A DNA stretch of 64,000 nt from Bacteroidales bacterium (lineage in GTDB: Bacteria > Bacteroidota > Bacteroidia > Bacteroidales > WCHB1-69), in contig JAFZZT010000014.1 in the NCBI GenBank assembly GCA_017615595.1, positions 228 through 64,227 on the forward strand. The letters are read 5' to 3'. The stretch's first letter is position 1, and each line of letters opens with the position of its first letter. The notes beneath the pieces were generated by a model. The model was not told the DNA's origin, ran no database searches, and saw nothing but the letters and a program-made list of their open reading frames with translations. Shown here piece after piece: positions 20,773 through 31,568 of this stretch. The translations under genes and the position numbers were made by a program.

Positions 20773-21336
20773 TTACGAGGGTCTATATTCCTCAAAACTC
20801 CTGTCTTCGTAGAAGAAGATGATCTTGACAATTTTCTTATCTCCCTGAGAATTCAATATTCGCTCGCGTTTCGGGCGCTCGGGTGCAGGATGCGATTCTG
20901 CATTTCGGGCACGTCCGCGCGGTGCTGTCGCCTTTACCGGCGCCGGGACCACGGGGACTTCCTCCACAACCTGTTCAACGATAGGTTCGGGATCGGGTTC
21001 GACCACGGGTTCCTCAACAGAGACGGGCTCTTCGTCAAAGGCATCAAAGAGGTCTGTCTGTCGCAACTCCAGATCTGTCTTGACCGGCTTGGATGCTGAC
21101 TCAACGGGAGGCGCAGGCACCTCTTCAGACTTGATCATCTCACCCATACCCATGACCAACCACTCGGAGCTGATCTCCGGGAAGGCTGTTACAATCTTCT
21201 TGACAATATCCAGACTGGGTTGGTTACGACCATTTAATATATGCGTAAGACCGGAAGGGTTGATGCCAATCTTTTCCGCAAAGCTGGATTTTGACAATTG
21301 TAAATACTCTAAAACTTGAATAATACGATTCAGCAT
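20773..21336 (-). CDS. XRE-family HTH protein with acidic/proline linker
   Basis: FAEKIGINPSGLTHILNGRNQPSLD and WLVMGMGEM; C-terminal KIVKIIFFYEDRSFEEY typical of a Bacteroidota family. Confidence 0.85.
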   Translation of the reverse strand: MLNRIIQVLEYLQLSKSSFAEKIGINPSGLTHILNGRNQPSLDIVKKIVTAFPEISSEWLVMGMGEMIKSEEVPAPPVESASKPVKTDLELRQTDLFDAFDEEPVSVEEPVVEPDPEPIVEQVVEEVPVVPAPVKATAPRGRARNAESHPAPERPKRERILNSQGDKKIVKIIFFYEDRSFEEYRPS

Positions 21337-22079
21337 AGATATTGATTTTTACATTTTACAAATAAGCAAATCAACGTGTTTAATAATGACACGGCAAAGA
21401 TACATTTTATTTTTTACAAAGATACATCAAAAATCACCAAAATAAAGATTGTTCATAACATACCAATTTTTTAATGTAGATAGTTGTTGTAATTCATTTA
21501 ATTTTAAGATAATACGATATATATGAGTAGATTGTCCAAGATGTTAATTATAATTATCCGTATATTTTATGATATGCTTTATATGAAACATATATTTATA
21601 TTGGAAATCAATTATTTAATTTGAGTTGAAAACAAAGATGAACTAGATATTGTGAGGTGGTGGCATAGAATAATAGGATGGTTGTTTTAATGAGTAGAAG
21701 AATGTAAAAACTGGACGATTGAATATTGTAATTGCATAATACAGTCTTCCACTTAAGTATATTTACAAAAATAAAATCAAATGAAGATTGATTTTTACAA
21801 GGTTGAAAATATATGAATAATTGACAAATGTAAATCCAAGTATGAGAACATTTTTTTTGTGATATGGGTGTGTCTAGGGTGTCTGTTGCTTGAAAACGTT
21901 TTTTCATATTTCGAGCAAGGATGAGGAGATTGGGGCAATATGCAAATCTCGGCGGGTTATGCTTCCCTACCCTGTTTTGATTAATTTTATCCTACGAATC
22001 GATGTTTTGGTGTCAGTTTTTTCTATATCTTTGCCACCATATTTTTATCAAGAATAATCATCAATAAATCAAGAACAAT
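21337..22079. promoter_or_regulatory. Long AT-rich divergent intergenic region with repeated TTKACAA motifs
   Basis: -7 boxes at 21395 and 21417 (-) and 22026 (+); TTKACAA at 21355, 21413, 21762, 21794 and 21821. Confidence 0.55.
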
Positions 22080-22862
22080 ATGAAACCTAAAATCGTCATT
22101 GGAAACTGGAAAATGAACAAAGGCTTTGAAGAGGCCGAGGAACTGATTAGTGAAATTGAAGAGAAGTTGCAAGATTACAACTTCGAAACAGAGATTGTGT
22201 TGTGTCCGCCCATGCTCTATGCAGAGTTGGTGACAGATCATGCCAACGAAGAGGGCAGCCAGTTCTATGCCGGTGTTCAGAATGTCAGTGAGTTTGAGAA
22301 TGGCGCCTATACGGGCGAAGTGTCTGCCGAGATGTTGGCCGAGATGGATGTCTCCTTCTGTATCGTGGGCCACTCCGAGCGCAGAAAATACTTTGGGGAA
22401 ACCAACGAGATCGTCCTCAAGAAAATGCTCCGTCTGTTGACGAACGACATTGTGCCGGTCATGTGCTGCGGCGAGACCTTGGAAGAGCGCAAGTCTGGAA
22501 AGCACTTTGATGTGGTGCAGAAACAGATTGAAGAGACCATCTACCAGCTGACTCCCAAACAGTTGGAGTCCACCATGATTGCCTACGAGCCTATCTGGGC
22601 CATCGGTACGGGCGAAACAGCCACTCCGGACCAGGCTCAGGAGATGCTCTCCTTCATCCGTTCTCTCATAGAGAAGAAGTTCGGCACCGAAATGGCGGTC
22701 AACACCTATATATTATATGGTGGCAGCTGCAACGGCAAGAATGCACTCGAGCTCTTCAGTCAGCCCGATGTGGATGGCGGCCTTATCGGTGGCGCCTCTC
22801 TCAAGGCAGACGAATTCCTGAAGATCATCGAGGCGGGCGAGACCGTCATCAAAGACAACTAA
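22080..22862 (+). CDS. tpiA: Triosephosphate isomerase
   Basis: GNWKMN, GAYTGEVS, GHSERR, AYEPIWAIGTG, YGGS and GGASL. Confidence 0.98.
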   Translation: MKPKIVIGNWKMNKGFEEAEELISEIEEKLQDYNFETEIVLCPPMLYAELVTDHANEEGSQFYAGVQNVSEFENGAYTGEVSAEMLAEMDVSFCIVGHSERRKYFGETNEIVLKKMLRLLTNDIVPVMCCGETLEERKSGKHFDVVQKQIEETIYQLTPKQLESTMIAYEPIWAIGTGETATPDQAQEMLSFIRSLIEKKFGTEMAVNTYILYGGSCNGKNALELFSQPDVDGGLIGGASLKADEFLKIIEAGETVIKDN

Positions 22863-22863
22863 T

Positions 22864-24900
22864 ATGCGCAACTGGCTGAATATATGGCTTCTGCTGATTC
22901 TCCTCTTCTGTGGTGGCAATCTGTTTGCCCAAGAAGAGGAGGATCCTTGCGTGCAGACCATGGACAAGGCCAGTGAGAAACTCTTCAAGAAAGCCCGGGA
23001 GTTTCAAAAGAGTGGCAAGAAAGCGGAAGCCTTTGAGCTTTACGATGAGATCTTGGAAGATCATCCCGAGTATCTGGAGGTCAACTATTACTACGCATTT
23101 GGTTTGTACAGTCCGCTGGTGGACAACAACTATCGTGCGATCAAAGCCGACAAATCGGATGTGAAGCGGGCGTTGGCAGCCTTCAACCGAATGTACAATG
23201 TGTGTCCTTACTACAAGGTACACTGCAACTTATATGCGGCGAGGATAGCCTATTTCAACGAGATGTTCTCGGAGGCCATCAAGTTCGCCTCTGTCATTGT
23301 GGAGAATCCCGACCTCTTTACGAAGGCCACGGACACGGCCAAGCTGGCGGAGGCGCAGCTCATTATCCGCAAGGCGCGCTTCTACGACAATATCCTCAAC
23401 CATCCGGTTCCTTTTGACCCCAAGCCGGTGTCGGGCATCTCCACCAAATATGACGAGTATCTGGGCACCTTGTCGCCAGACGGCTCCCTGTTCTATTTCA
23501 CCCGCCGCAAGGAAGTGCCGGTGCAGAATGCCTTTGGCGCTAGTGATGGCGAGACCGAGCGCCGTGAGTTCTTCTCACAGAGCTCTTTGAAGAATGGACA
23601 GTTCCAGACAGGTGCACCCCTCCCCGACCCTTTCAACCACTCCAAGAGCGAGGGCAGTCCTACCATCAACATCACCAACGACCTGCTTATCTTCACCCGT
23701 CTGATGCCCACCAACGATTCCCGTGGAGTTGTCTATCAGAACTATGACCTCTACTATTCAGAGCGTATTGGTGACGAATGGACCGAGCCTAAGAGTCTGG
23801 GATCCAATATCAACAATCCTAACACCTGGGAGTCGCAGGCCTCTCTTAGCTCTGATGGACGGATATTGTTCTTCGCCTCCGACAGACCCGGCGGCTTTGG
23901 CGGCTCCGACATCTGGTACTCCCAGCGCAACAGCGACGGGTCCTGGCGCAAGCCCATCAACTTAGGACCGAAGATCAACACCGAGGGGAACGAGCGTTCG
24001 CCCTTCCTGCATACCGACAGCAAGACCCTTTACTTCTCCTCCTCCGGTTTCGATGGCATCGGCGGACAGGACATCTTCTTCTCCAAACTTGACCCCAATG
24101 GCAAATGGAGCGATCCTGTCAACATCGGCTATCCCATCAACACAGAGAATGACGAAGTGGATTTCTTTGTCAGCCTGGATGGAAAAACCGGCTACTTCTC
24201 CTCCAACCATTATGGAAATAAGGACTGGAACATCTACGAATTTGAGCTGTATGAGGATGCGCGTCCTCACAAGATGCTCATCGTAAAGGGTTCTGTCACA
24301 GCGGATGATGACGAATTGGAGAATGCCGTGGTGGAGATCCGCGACACGTCTGCCAAGGTCATCGCCACGGGTGTGGTCAGTAGCAACAACAAACAGTATG
24401 CTGTGGCCACCGAGGTGCCCAAAGAGGATGCCGCACCGCTCATCGTGACCGTCAAGAAGGAGGGCCACTCCTTTGATGCACAAGTCATCACGGCCGAACA
24501 AGTCGCCACGCAACCCATCATCACCAAGGATGCGGAGATCAAGGCCATCGAGACCGGCAAAGTGTGCGACCTGAAGGATATCTACTACCAGACCAACTCC
24601 TACACGCTGACACAAGCCTCGCAGGTCATCATCAACCTCTTTGTGGAGTTCCTGCGCGACAACCCGACCGTCAAGGTGGAGATCCAGGGCCACACCGATG
24701 ACGTCGGCAACGACAAAGACAACCAGATCTTGTCGGAGCGCCGTGCCAAGGCGGTCTATGACCTGGTCATCAGCAAGGGTGTCTCGGCCGATCGTTTACG
24801 TTACAAAGGTTATGGCGAGTCGCAGCCCATCGCGGACAACAGCACGGCTGCCGGTCGCGCCAAGAACAGAAGAACCGTTTTCCTGATTTATGAGCAATAA
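22864..24900 (+). CDS. OmpA-family protein with TPR-like and PD40 repeats (PorE-like architecture)
   Basis: Signal peptide; FFASDRPGGFGGSDIW repeats; C-terminal GHTDDVG...LSERRAKAV...NRR. Confidence 0.88.
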   Translation: MRNWLNIWLLLILLFCGGNLFAQEEEDPCVQTMDKASEKLFKKAREFQKSGKKAEAFELYDEILEDHPEYLEVNYYYAFGLYSPLVDNNYRAIKADKSDVKRALAAFNRMYNVCPYYKVHCNLYAARIAYFNEMFSEAIKFASVIVENPDLFTKATDTAKLAEAQLIIRKARFYDNILNHPVPFDPKPVSGISTKYDEYLGTLSPDGSLFYFTRRKEVPVQNAFGASDGETERREFFSQSSLKNGQFQTGAPLPDPFNHSKSEGSPTINITNDLLIFTRLMPTNDSRGVVYQNYDLYYSERIGDEWTEPKSLGSNINNPNTWESQASLSSDGRILFFASDRPGGFGGSDIWYSQRNSDGSWRKPINLGPKINTEGNERSPFLHTDSKTLYFSSSGFDGIGGQDIFFSKLDPNGKWSDPVNIGYPINTENDEVDFFVSLDGKTGYFSSNHYGNKDWNIYEFELYEDARPHKMLIVKGSVTADDDELENAVVEIRDTSAKVIATGVVSSNNKQYAVATEVPKEDAAPLIVTVKKEGHSFDAQVITAEQVATQPIITKDAEIKAIETGKVCDLKDIYYQTNSYTLTQASQVIINLFVEFLRDNPTVKVEIQGHTDDVGNDKDNQILSERRAKAVYDLVISKGVSADRLRYKGYGESQPIADNSTAAGRAKNRRTVFLIYEQ

Positions 24901-26212
24901 GACCATCTATTTTCTCGGCATCGGCGGCATCGGCATGAGTGCCCTGGCGCAATATTATCTGCACGAAGGGGCTATCGTGCATGGCTACGACCTGACGCCC
25001 TCCCCTATCACCGAACGGCTCTCGCAGATGGGCGCTGTGATTCATTATGAGGAGGACTGCTCTAAGATCCCCGCTCAGGTGGATATGGTCGTTGTTACGC
25101 CCGCTATTCCCAAGGAGCATGCCGAATACCAATATTTTCTGAAGAGTGGTGTCAAGATGCACAAGCGCTCCGAGGTGTTGGGGCACATTGCCGATGCGCT
25201 CCCCACCATCGCGGTGGCGGGCACGCATGGCAAGACGACCACCACTTCGCTGGTGGCCCACCTGCTCTCGCCCCAAGTGCCCATCGCTGGCTTCATCGGG
25301 GGCGTCGCCAAGAACTTCGACAACAACTTCGTCTATAACGATCCGCCTCAATATGCGGTGGTCGAGGCGGACGAGTACGACCGTTCCTTCCTGACGCTGC
25401 ACCCTGCCGCCGCCATCATCACCTCCATGGATGCCGACCATCTCGACATCTACGGTACACGCGAGAATCTGATCGCCGCCTTCGGGCAGTTTGCACAGCA
25501 GAGCCGCTATCTCATAGCAGAACAACGTATTGCGCCACTGCTGACGCATCCTGATATGGTCACTTATGGTTTTCAGCCGGAGGCCGACTTCTATGCCTAT
25601 AACGTGGATGTAAAGCCCAACGCCCTGACTTTCGACCTGCGGATGCCTGACGGAGAGTGGAAAGCGTTGCGCTTGCGGGCCAACGGACTCTACAACGTCT
25701 TGAACGCCACTGCCGCCATCGCCGCGGTGCGCCATTCCACGAATATCTCGGAAGACATTATCCGGGAGAAGTTAGCCTCCTTCTTGGGGGTCAAGCGCCG
25801 TTTCGAATATGTGGTGGAGCGTCCCGACTTCATCTATATCGACGATTACGCCCATCATCCCCAGGAGATCCAGTCGGTGCTGACGGCCGTGCGGGAGCTC
25901 TATCCCGACAGAAAGCTCACCTGCATCTTCCAGCCGCATCTGTACAGTCGCACCCGCGATTTGGCCGATGGTTTCGCCACCGTGTTGTCGATGGCCGACA
26001 AGGTCATCCTCTTGCCCATCTACCCGGCCCGGGAGCTGCCCATCGAGGGCATCACCTCGGAGTGGTTGTTAGGCAAGGTCACCCAACCCGACAAACTCCT
26101 GTTGCAGAAATCTGAACTTATCCCCTACCTGCAACAACACCCGCAGGAGTTGCTCTTGACGGTAGGCGCCGGCGACATCGACCGGCTGGTGCCGCAGATT
26201 GGGGAGTTGTGA
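24890..26212 (+). CDS. murC: UDP-N-acetylmuramate-L-alanine ligase
   Basis: GIGGIGMS, AGTHGKTTT, EADEYDRSF, DDYAHHP and FQPHLYSRT. Confidence 0.97.
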   Translation: MSNKTIYFLGIGGIGMSALAQYYLHEGAIVHGYDLTPSPITERLSQMGAVIHYEEDCSKIPAQVDMVVVTPAIPKEHAEYQYFLKSGVKMHKRSEVLGHIADALPTIAVAGTHGKTTTTSLVAHLLSPQVPIAGFIGGVAKNFDNNFVYNDPPQYAVVEADEYDRSFLTLHPAAAIITSMDADHLDIYGTRENLIAAFGQFAQQSRYLIAEQRIAPLLTHPDMVTYGFQPEADFYAYNVDVKPNALTFDLRMPDGEWKALRLRANGLYNVLNATAAIAAVRHSTNISEDIIREKLASFLGVKRRFEYVVERPDFIYIDDYAHHPQEIQSVLTAVRELYPDRKLTCIFQPHLYSRTRDLADGFATVLSMADKVILLPIYPARELPIEGITSEWLLGKVTQPDKLLLQKSELIPYLQQHPQELLLTVGAGDIDRLVPQIGEL

Positions 26213-26249
26213 CGATCCGCACATCTACGGCGTGCAAGAATAGAGGCAC

Positions 26250-27041
26250 TCAATCCTTCACACAGCGGACAGAATAACCTACGTCCTTGTCGTTACTGCC
26301 GCGACTCAATGTATTGCTTGTGTTAAACATGTAATGATCATAGGCGTAAGTGCAACCATCGCATCCTGTGGCTCCCCAAAAACATGCTTTGGTCCCTACA
26401 GGAACGTATCCATCGTGTCCAAAATGATTACCCGCAGGAAATGCATTGAAGCCAGAGGCATTGTTGGAACTTAATTCATGACCGGGAGAACAATTCACAT
26501 TACTAGATTCCCATTCAGAATTGGACGCCAAGCAACTGGCATAAGTACGGAAAAAAGTGAATGTGTCGCACACAAATTCATCCTTATTAGCACAATAATC
26601 TTTAAGTTGCTCCCACTCCGCATCACTGGGCAGGTGCCAACCATCAGGACAAACACCCTGTCTGCCACTGGGATTCGCTTCCGAGGAACCAGCTCGATTC
26701 ATGGCTGCCGGCCAGTTGTAATAATAACCGTATTTGGCCACATCAAAATCCTCGTCTGGACAATAGATAAAGGGTTGTGTCAGACTTGTGTTGGTGCCGC
26801 CGAAAGGGATATCCTCACCATTGGGAAAGTGCTTGACATGAAGGTTGGAGGCCATCCACACCTGTTGGCCTATGCGTACCGCATCATAGACATTGCCATC
26901 GTAGTCGGTTACCGCATGGGGGATCAGTCCATCCATTTCAGTGACGGGATCATCTCCCGGAGTAGGTTCTGGTTCGGGCTCCCGGTCGCAGGCCAAGGCC
27001 ACCAAGGCTGCCACGCATAACAAAGTGAAAATCTTTTTCAT
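26250..27041 (-). CDS. FISUMP-domain lipoprotein
   Basis: Lipobox ALAC; DYDGNVYDAVRIGQQVWMASNL, YNWPAA, CPDGWHLPS and GYSVRCVKD. Confidence 0.88.
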   Translation of the reverse strand: MKKIFTLLCVAALVALACDREPEPEPTPGDDPVTEMDGLIPHAVTDYDGNVYDAVRIGQQVWMASNLHVKHFPNGEDIPFGGTNTSLTQPFIYCPDEDFDVAKYGYYYNWPAAMNRAGSSEANPSGRQGVCPDGWHLPSDAEWEQLKDYCANKDEFVCDTFTFFRTYASCLASNSEWESSNVNCSPGHELSSNNASGFNAFPAGNHFGHDGYVPVGTKACFWGATGCDGCTYAYDHYMFNTSNTLSRGSNDKDVGYSVRCVKD

Positions 27042-27305
27042 AGGAATTGATATTTAGGTTTTTAATAAATGTGTATGAAATGATGATAATCGTTTATAAT
27101 CCGAAACGTATAACCCGCGTCAAAATACGACGCCACATTTTGTTAGACGAATAGGTGCTGAAATTATTGCACTAACATAATAGTGATTTTATACCTGATG
27201 GCACCATTGAGGTTGTTTGCAATTGCAACTCGATTATTAATTGTTATTAGTATAGAGAGGAAAACGTGCTGTTCAACAACAACATTCTTATACACAATAT
27301 TTTTT

Positions 27306-27740
27306 TCAACTTTTCTCTTGAAGAAAAAGTTGACAAAAGATCAAGCCGACATGAACGCCACCCGCTCTGTCCGCCCTCTGACAGCGGCGGCAAACGGGAA
27401 CAAAAATGCAGCGTTAAGCATAAGGAAAGAATTTCCGAAGGCGTGCATTTTTGTAAACGCAAGCGCCTTTGCACGCCGCTGTTGGAGACCGGCCATTCAC
27501 ACCGCGTCCACACCGCATGTCGGCATCCCCGCCCGCGTGCTCCATGGGAATGTGCCTCAGGAAAGCATTGTGAGATTAAATGAGAAAGTATGTATTTGTC
27601 TTTGTTCTCTTCAATACTATACCCTTCCCTACAGGCCGGCGGCCTGCCTGGGTGTGTAGAACGATGCGGGCGGCACGAAAAACCGTACGCCGGAGGTGTG
27701 CGGGGTCGCAAATATCGAAAACCACCATGCCACACCTTTC
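27306..27740. ncRNA. Candidate structured non-coding RNA or MITE-like element
   Basis: Nested stems: 27306-14/27325-33; loop 27317-21 with 27341-45; 27381-89/27474-82; 27400-10/27444-54; 27529-36/27666-73. No credible ORF. Confidence 0.45.
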
Positions 27741-28394
27741 AATTTTTAACAATCAATATTAAATATTTAAAAATATTTGACAATTAAAAACTATTATCGT
27801 ATTTTTGCAGTCTAAAATAGCGAACCGAAAAACGAACTGGCATGAAACAAAAAAGTCATCTTCCTGAACTGATAAGCAGACCTTTAGTCACTACGGCTTC
27901 TCAAGAAGATGACGCGGCAAAAATACAAATTATATCTGAAAATGCAAGAAAAAATTTATTAACAGTCTCAGAAAAATACAAAGGGATCCATGATCCCGAA
28001 GGGTTTATCACCAATTTAAAAAGAGCCTTAGGCATGGGGGCTGACAAAGCTAGTAATTATAAAGTCTTTAAGATAGCGCTAACTGGTCACCGCGTTTCCA
28101 TACGGGTCAGTAACCACCATGCAAACGCGGACAAGTATTTGGAGCATGAAGCCAATGACTTCAATTTGAGCATCATGGTGTCGAAGCGATACAGGAAAAA
28201 CACGTTCCGACCGCATCCAGATGTGGTGCTGACAGAGTATGTCTATATGGGGCGGCAGTTGGAAAATGTAGAGAGTCCTTATTCTCAAATTGCCAAATCC
28301 ATAGCAGGTTTTCTGGAAACCGGCAAGTACGTTGACACCACCGGCGTGGTCAAGGTAAACGTGTCGCCGTGACAGGCCAGACACCTGCCTGGGT
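27631..28394. repeat. 23-bp imperfect direct repeats (27631-27653 and 28372-28394) flanking an orphan gene
   Basis: ACAGGCC-GGCGG-CCTGCCTGGGT versus ACAGGCC-AGACA-CCTGCCTGGGT. Confidence 0.65.
27842..28372 (+). CDS. Hypothetical protein, possibly a polyvalent-protein-associated domain
   Basis: 176-aa ORF with its own TATTTTTG box near 27800 and an SIRVSNH motif; family assignment is only an impression. Confidence 0.6.
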   Translation: MKQKSHLPELISRPLVTTASQEDDAAKIQIISENARKNLLTVSEKYKGIHDPEGFITNLKRALGMGADKASNYKVFKIALTGHRVSIRVSNHHANADKYLEHEANDFNLSIMVSKRYRKNTFRPHPDVVLTEYVYMGRQLENVESPYSQIAKSIAGFLETGKYVDTTGVVKVNVSP

Positions 28395-28484
28395 AAGCAC
28401 CTCATATTTTTGCATAACAGCCGCAAAAATGGTGATTCCCAATCCGAAAAAATACTATCTTTGCGCTTCTAAAAATCAGAGCGT

Positions 28485-29345
28485 ATGCAAACGAGAATCG
28501 CCATCATCGGATATGGCAACATTGGAAAGGCCGTGGAACAGGCCGTGCTGGCTGCCGAAGACATGCAACTGGTGGGCATCTACCATCATAACGACAATCT
28601 GGACAACATAGAGGCGGACGTGGTCGCCTTGTGCACCCCCACCCGTGAGGTGCCGCTCTTTGCGGAGAAGCTGCTGAGTCGCGGCATCGCCACCGTGGAC
28701 AGTTTTGACATCCACGGACAGATCTACGACCTCCGTTCCCATTTGACCCCCATCGCCAAGGAACATCAGGCGGTCAGCATCATTGCTGCCGGTTGGGATC
28801 CCGGTTCCGACTCCATGGTGCGTGCCCTCCTGCAGGCCATAGCCCCCAAGGGCATCACCTACACCAACTTCGGTCCGGGCCGCAGCATGGGCCATACCGT
28901 GGCCGCCAAGGCCATCCCTGGCATCAAGGACGCCCTCTCCATGACCATCCCCTTGGGCACCGGCATCCACCGCCGCATGGTCTATGTGGAGCTGGAAGAA
29001 GGAGCCGACTTCGCTACCGTGGAGAAGCTGCTGTTAGCCGATGACTACTTTGCACATGATGAGACGCACGTCATCCCCGTGCCTTCCATCGATGCTCTCA
29101 ACAATGTGGCGCACGGCGTCCACCTGGTCCGTGACGGTGTCAGTGGCGAGACCCACAACCAGCGTTTCGAGTTCAATATGAGCATCAACAACCCGGCTCT
29201 TACCGGTCAGGTGCTGGTGGCCTGCGCCCGCGCCGCCGTTAAGATGCGCGCAGAACAACGTCATGGCGCCTTCACCATGATCGAGATCCCGCCCATCTAT
29301 CTCTTGCCGGGCGACGAAGAGCAGCTCATCCGTTCATTAGTATAA
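28485..29345 (+). CDS. ddh: meso-diaminopimelate D-dehydrogenase
   Basis: IGYGNIG, VDSFDIH, GWDPGSDS, TNFGPGRSMGHT and NNPALTGQ. Confidence 0.93.
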   Translation: MQTRIAIIGYGNIGKAVEQAVLAAEDMQLVGIYHHNDNLDNIEADVVALCTPTREVPLFAEKLLSRGIATVDSFDIHGQIYDLRSHLTPIAKEHQAVSIIAAGWDPGSDSMVRALLQAIAPKGITYTNFGPGRSMGHTVAAKAIPGIKDALSMTIPLGTGIHRRMVYVELEEGADFATVEKLLLADDYFAHDETHVIPVPSIDALNNVAHGVHLVRDGVSGETHNQRFEFNMSINNPALTGQVLVACARAAVKMRAEQRHGAFTMIEIPPIYLLPGDEEQLIRSLV

Positions 29346-29375
29346 CCCTTGATTATCAATTATAAACAACTCAAT

Positions 29376-30998
<1,623 letters not shown>

Positions 30999-31004
30999 TA
31001 TAGA

Positions 31005-31074
31005 TGGCCATTAGCTATTAGCTATTGGCCATTAGCTTTTTACTGATCACTAATCACTGTTCACTGATCACTAA
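31005..31074. repeat. Compound heptamer array, 10 units in register
   Basis: TGGCCAT TAGCTAT TAGCTAT TGGCCAT TAGCTTT TTACTGA TCACTAA TCACTGT TCACTGA TCACTAA. Confidence 0.85.
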
Positions 31075-31075
31075 T

Positions 31076-31492
31076 ATGAGTATCACCAACGCCTTTCGCA
31101 ACGCCTTTGAGCGCAAGATGGAGAAGAACTGGGACAAGATCTATGTCCTGGTGGATATCCACGACACCATCCTCAAGGCTTGTTATGAGCACGTGGAGAG
31201 CTACGACTATTTCCCGATGGCTAAAGAGGCCCTGCAAGAGCTCTCTGCCCGTCAGGATATCTGTCTCATCCTGTGGTCGAGTTGTTATCCCGAGAAACTG
31301 GATAGCTACCTGGGCAAGTTTGAGCATGACGGCATCCACTTCGACTATGTCAACAGGAACCCGGAGGTGGTCAACACCTCCCTCGCCTGCTTTGACGACA
31401 AGCTCTATTTCAACGTCGGCATCGACGACAAGTTTGGCTTTGACGCCGACACCGACTGGTATGAGGTGGCGGAAGTCTTGAATCAGCAGTGA
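31076..31492 (+). CDS. Small capless HAD-like protein
   Basis: VLVDIHDTI (motif I variant), LILWSS, FDYVNRNPE and IDDKFGF. Confidence 0.7.
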   Translation: MSITNAFRNAFERKMEKNWDKIYVLVDIHDTILKACYEHVESYDYFPMAKEALQELSARQDICLILWSSCYPEKLDSYLGKFEHDGIHFDYVNRNPEVVNTSLACFDDKLYFNVGIDDKFGFDADTDWYEVAEVLNQQ

Positions 31493-31511
31493 TCATATCC
31501 TCAGCGGACAT

Positions 31512-31549
31512 TAAAAAAATCCCGACATCTTTCGATGTCGGGATTTTTT
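31512..31549. terminator. Bidirectional intrinsic terminator
   Basis: AAAAAAATCCCGACATC-TTTC-GATGTCGGGATTTTTT. Confidence 0.85.
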
Positions 31550-31568
31550 GTGTTATGGAATCGGGAAA

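Noticed and set aside
21608-21907. 99-aa ORF in the AT-rich gap
   Set aside because: Composition reflects AT-rich non-coding DNA, with no motifs.
26250-26400. Second FISUMP tail as template for the first
   Set aside because: The tails differ at many non-adenine positions and both are coding; they are ordinary paralogues.
27183-27787. Several overlapping ORFs on both strands
   Set aside because: None looks protein-like; the region is better explained by base-paired structure.
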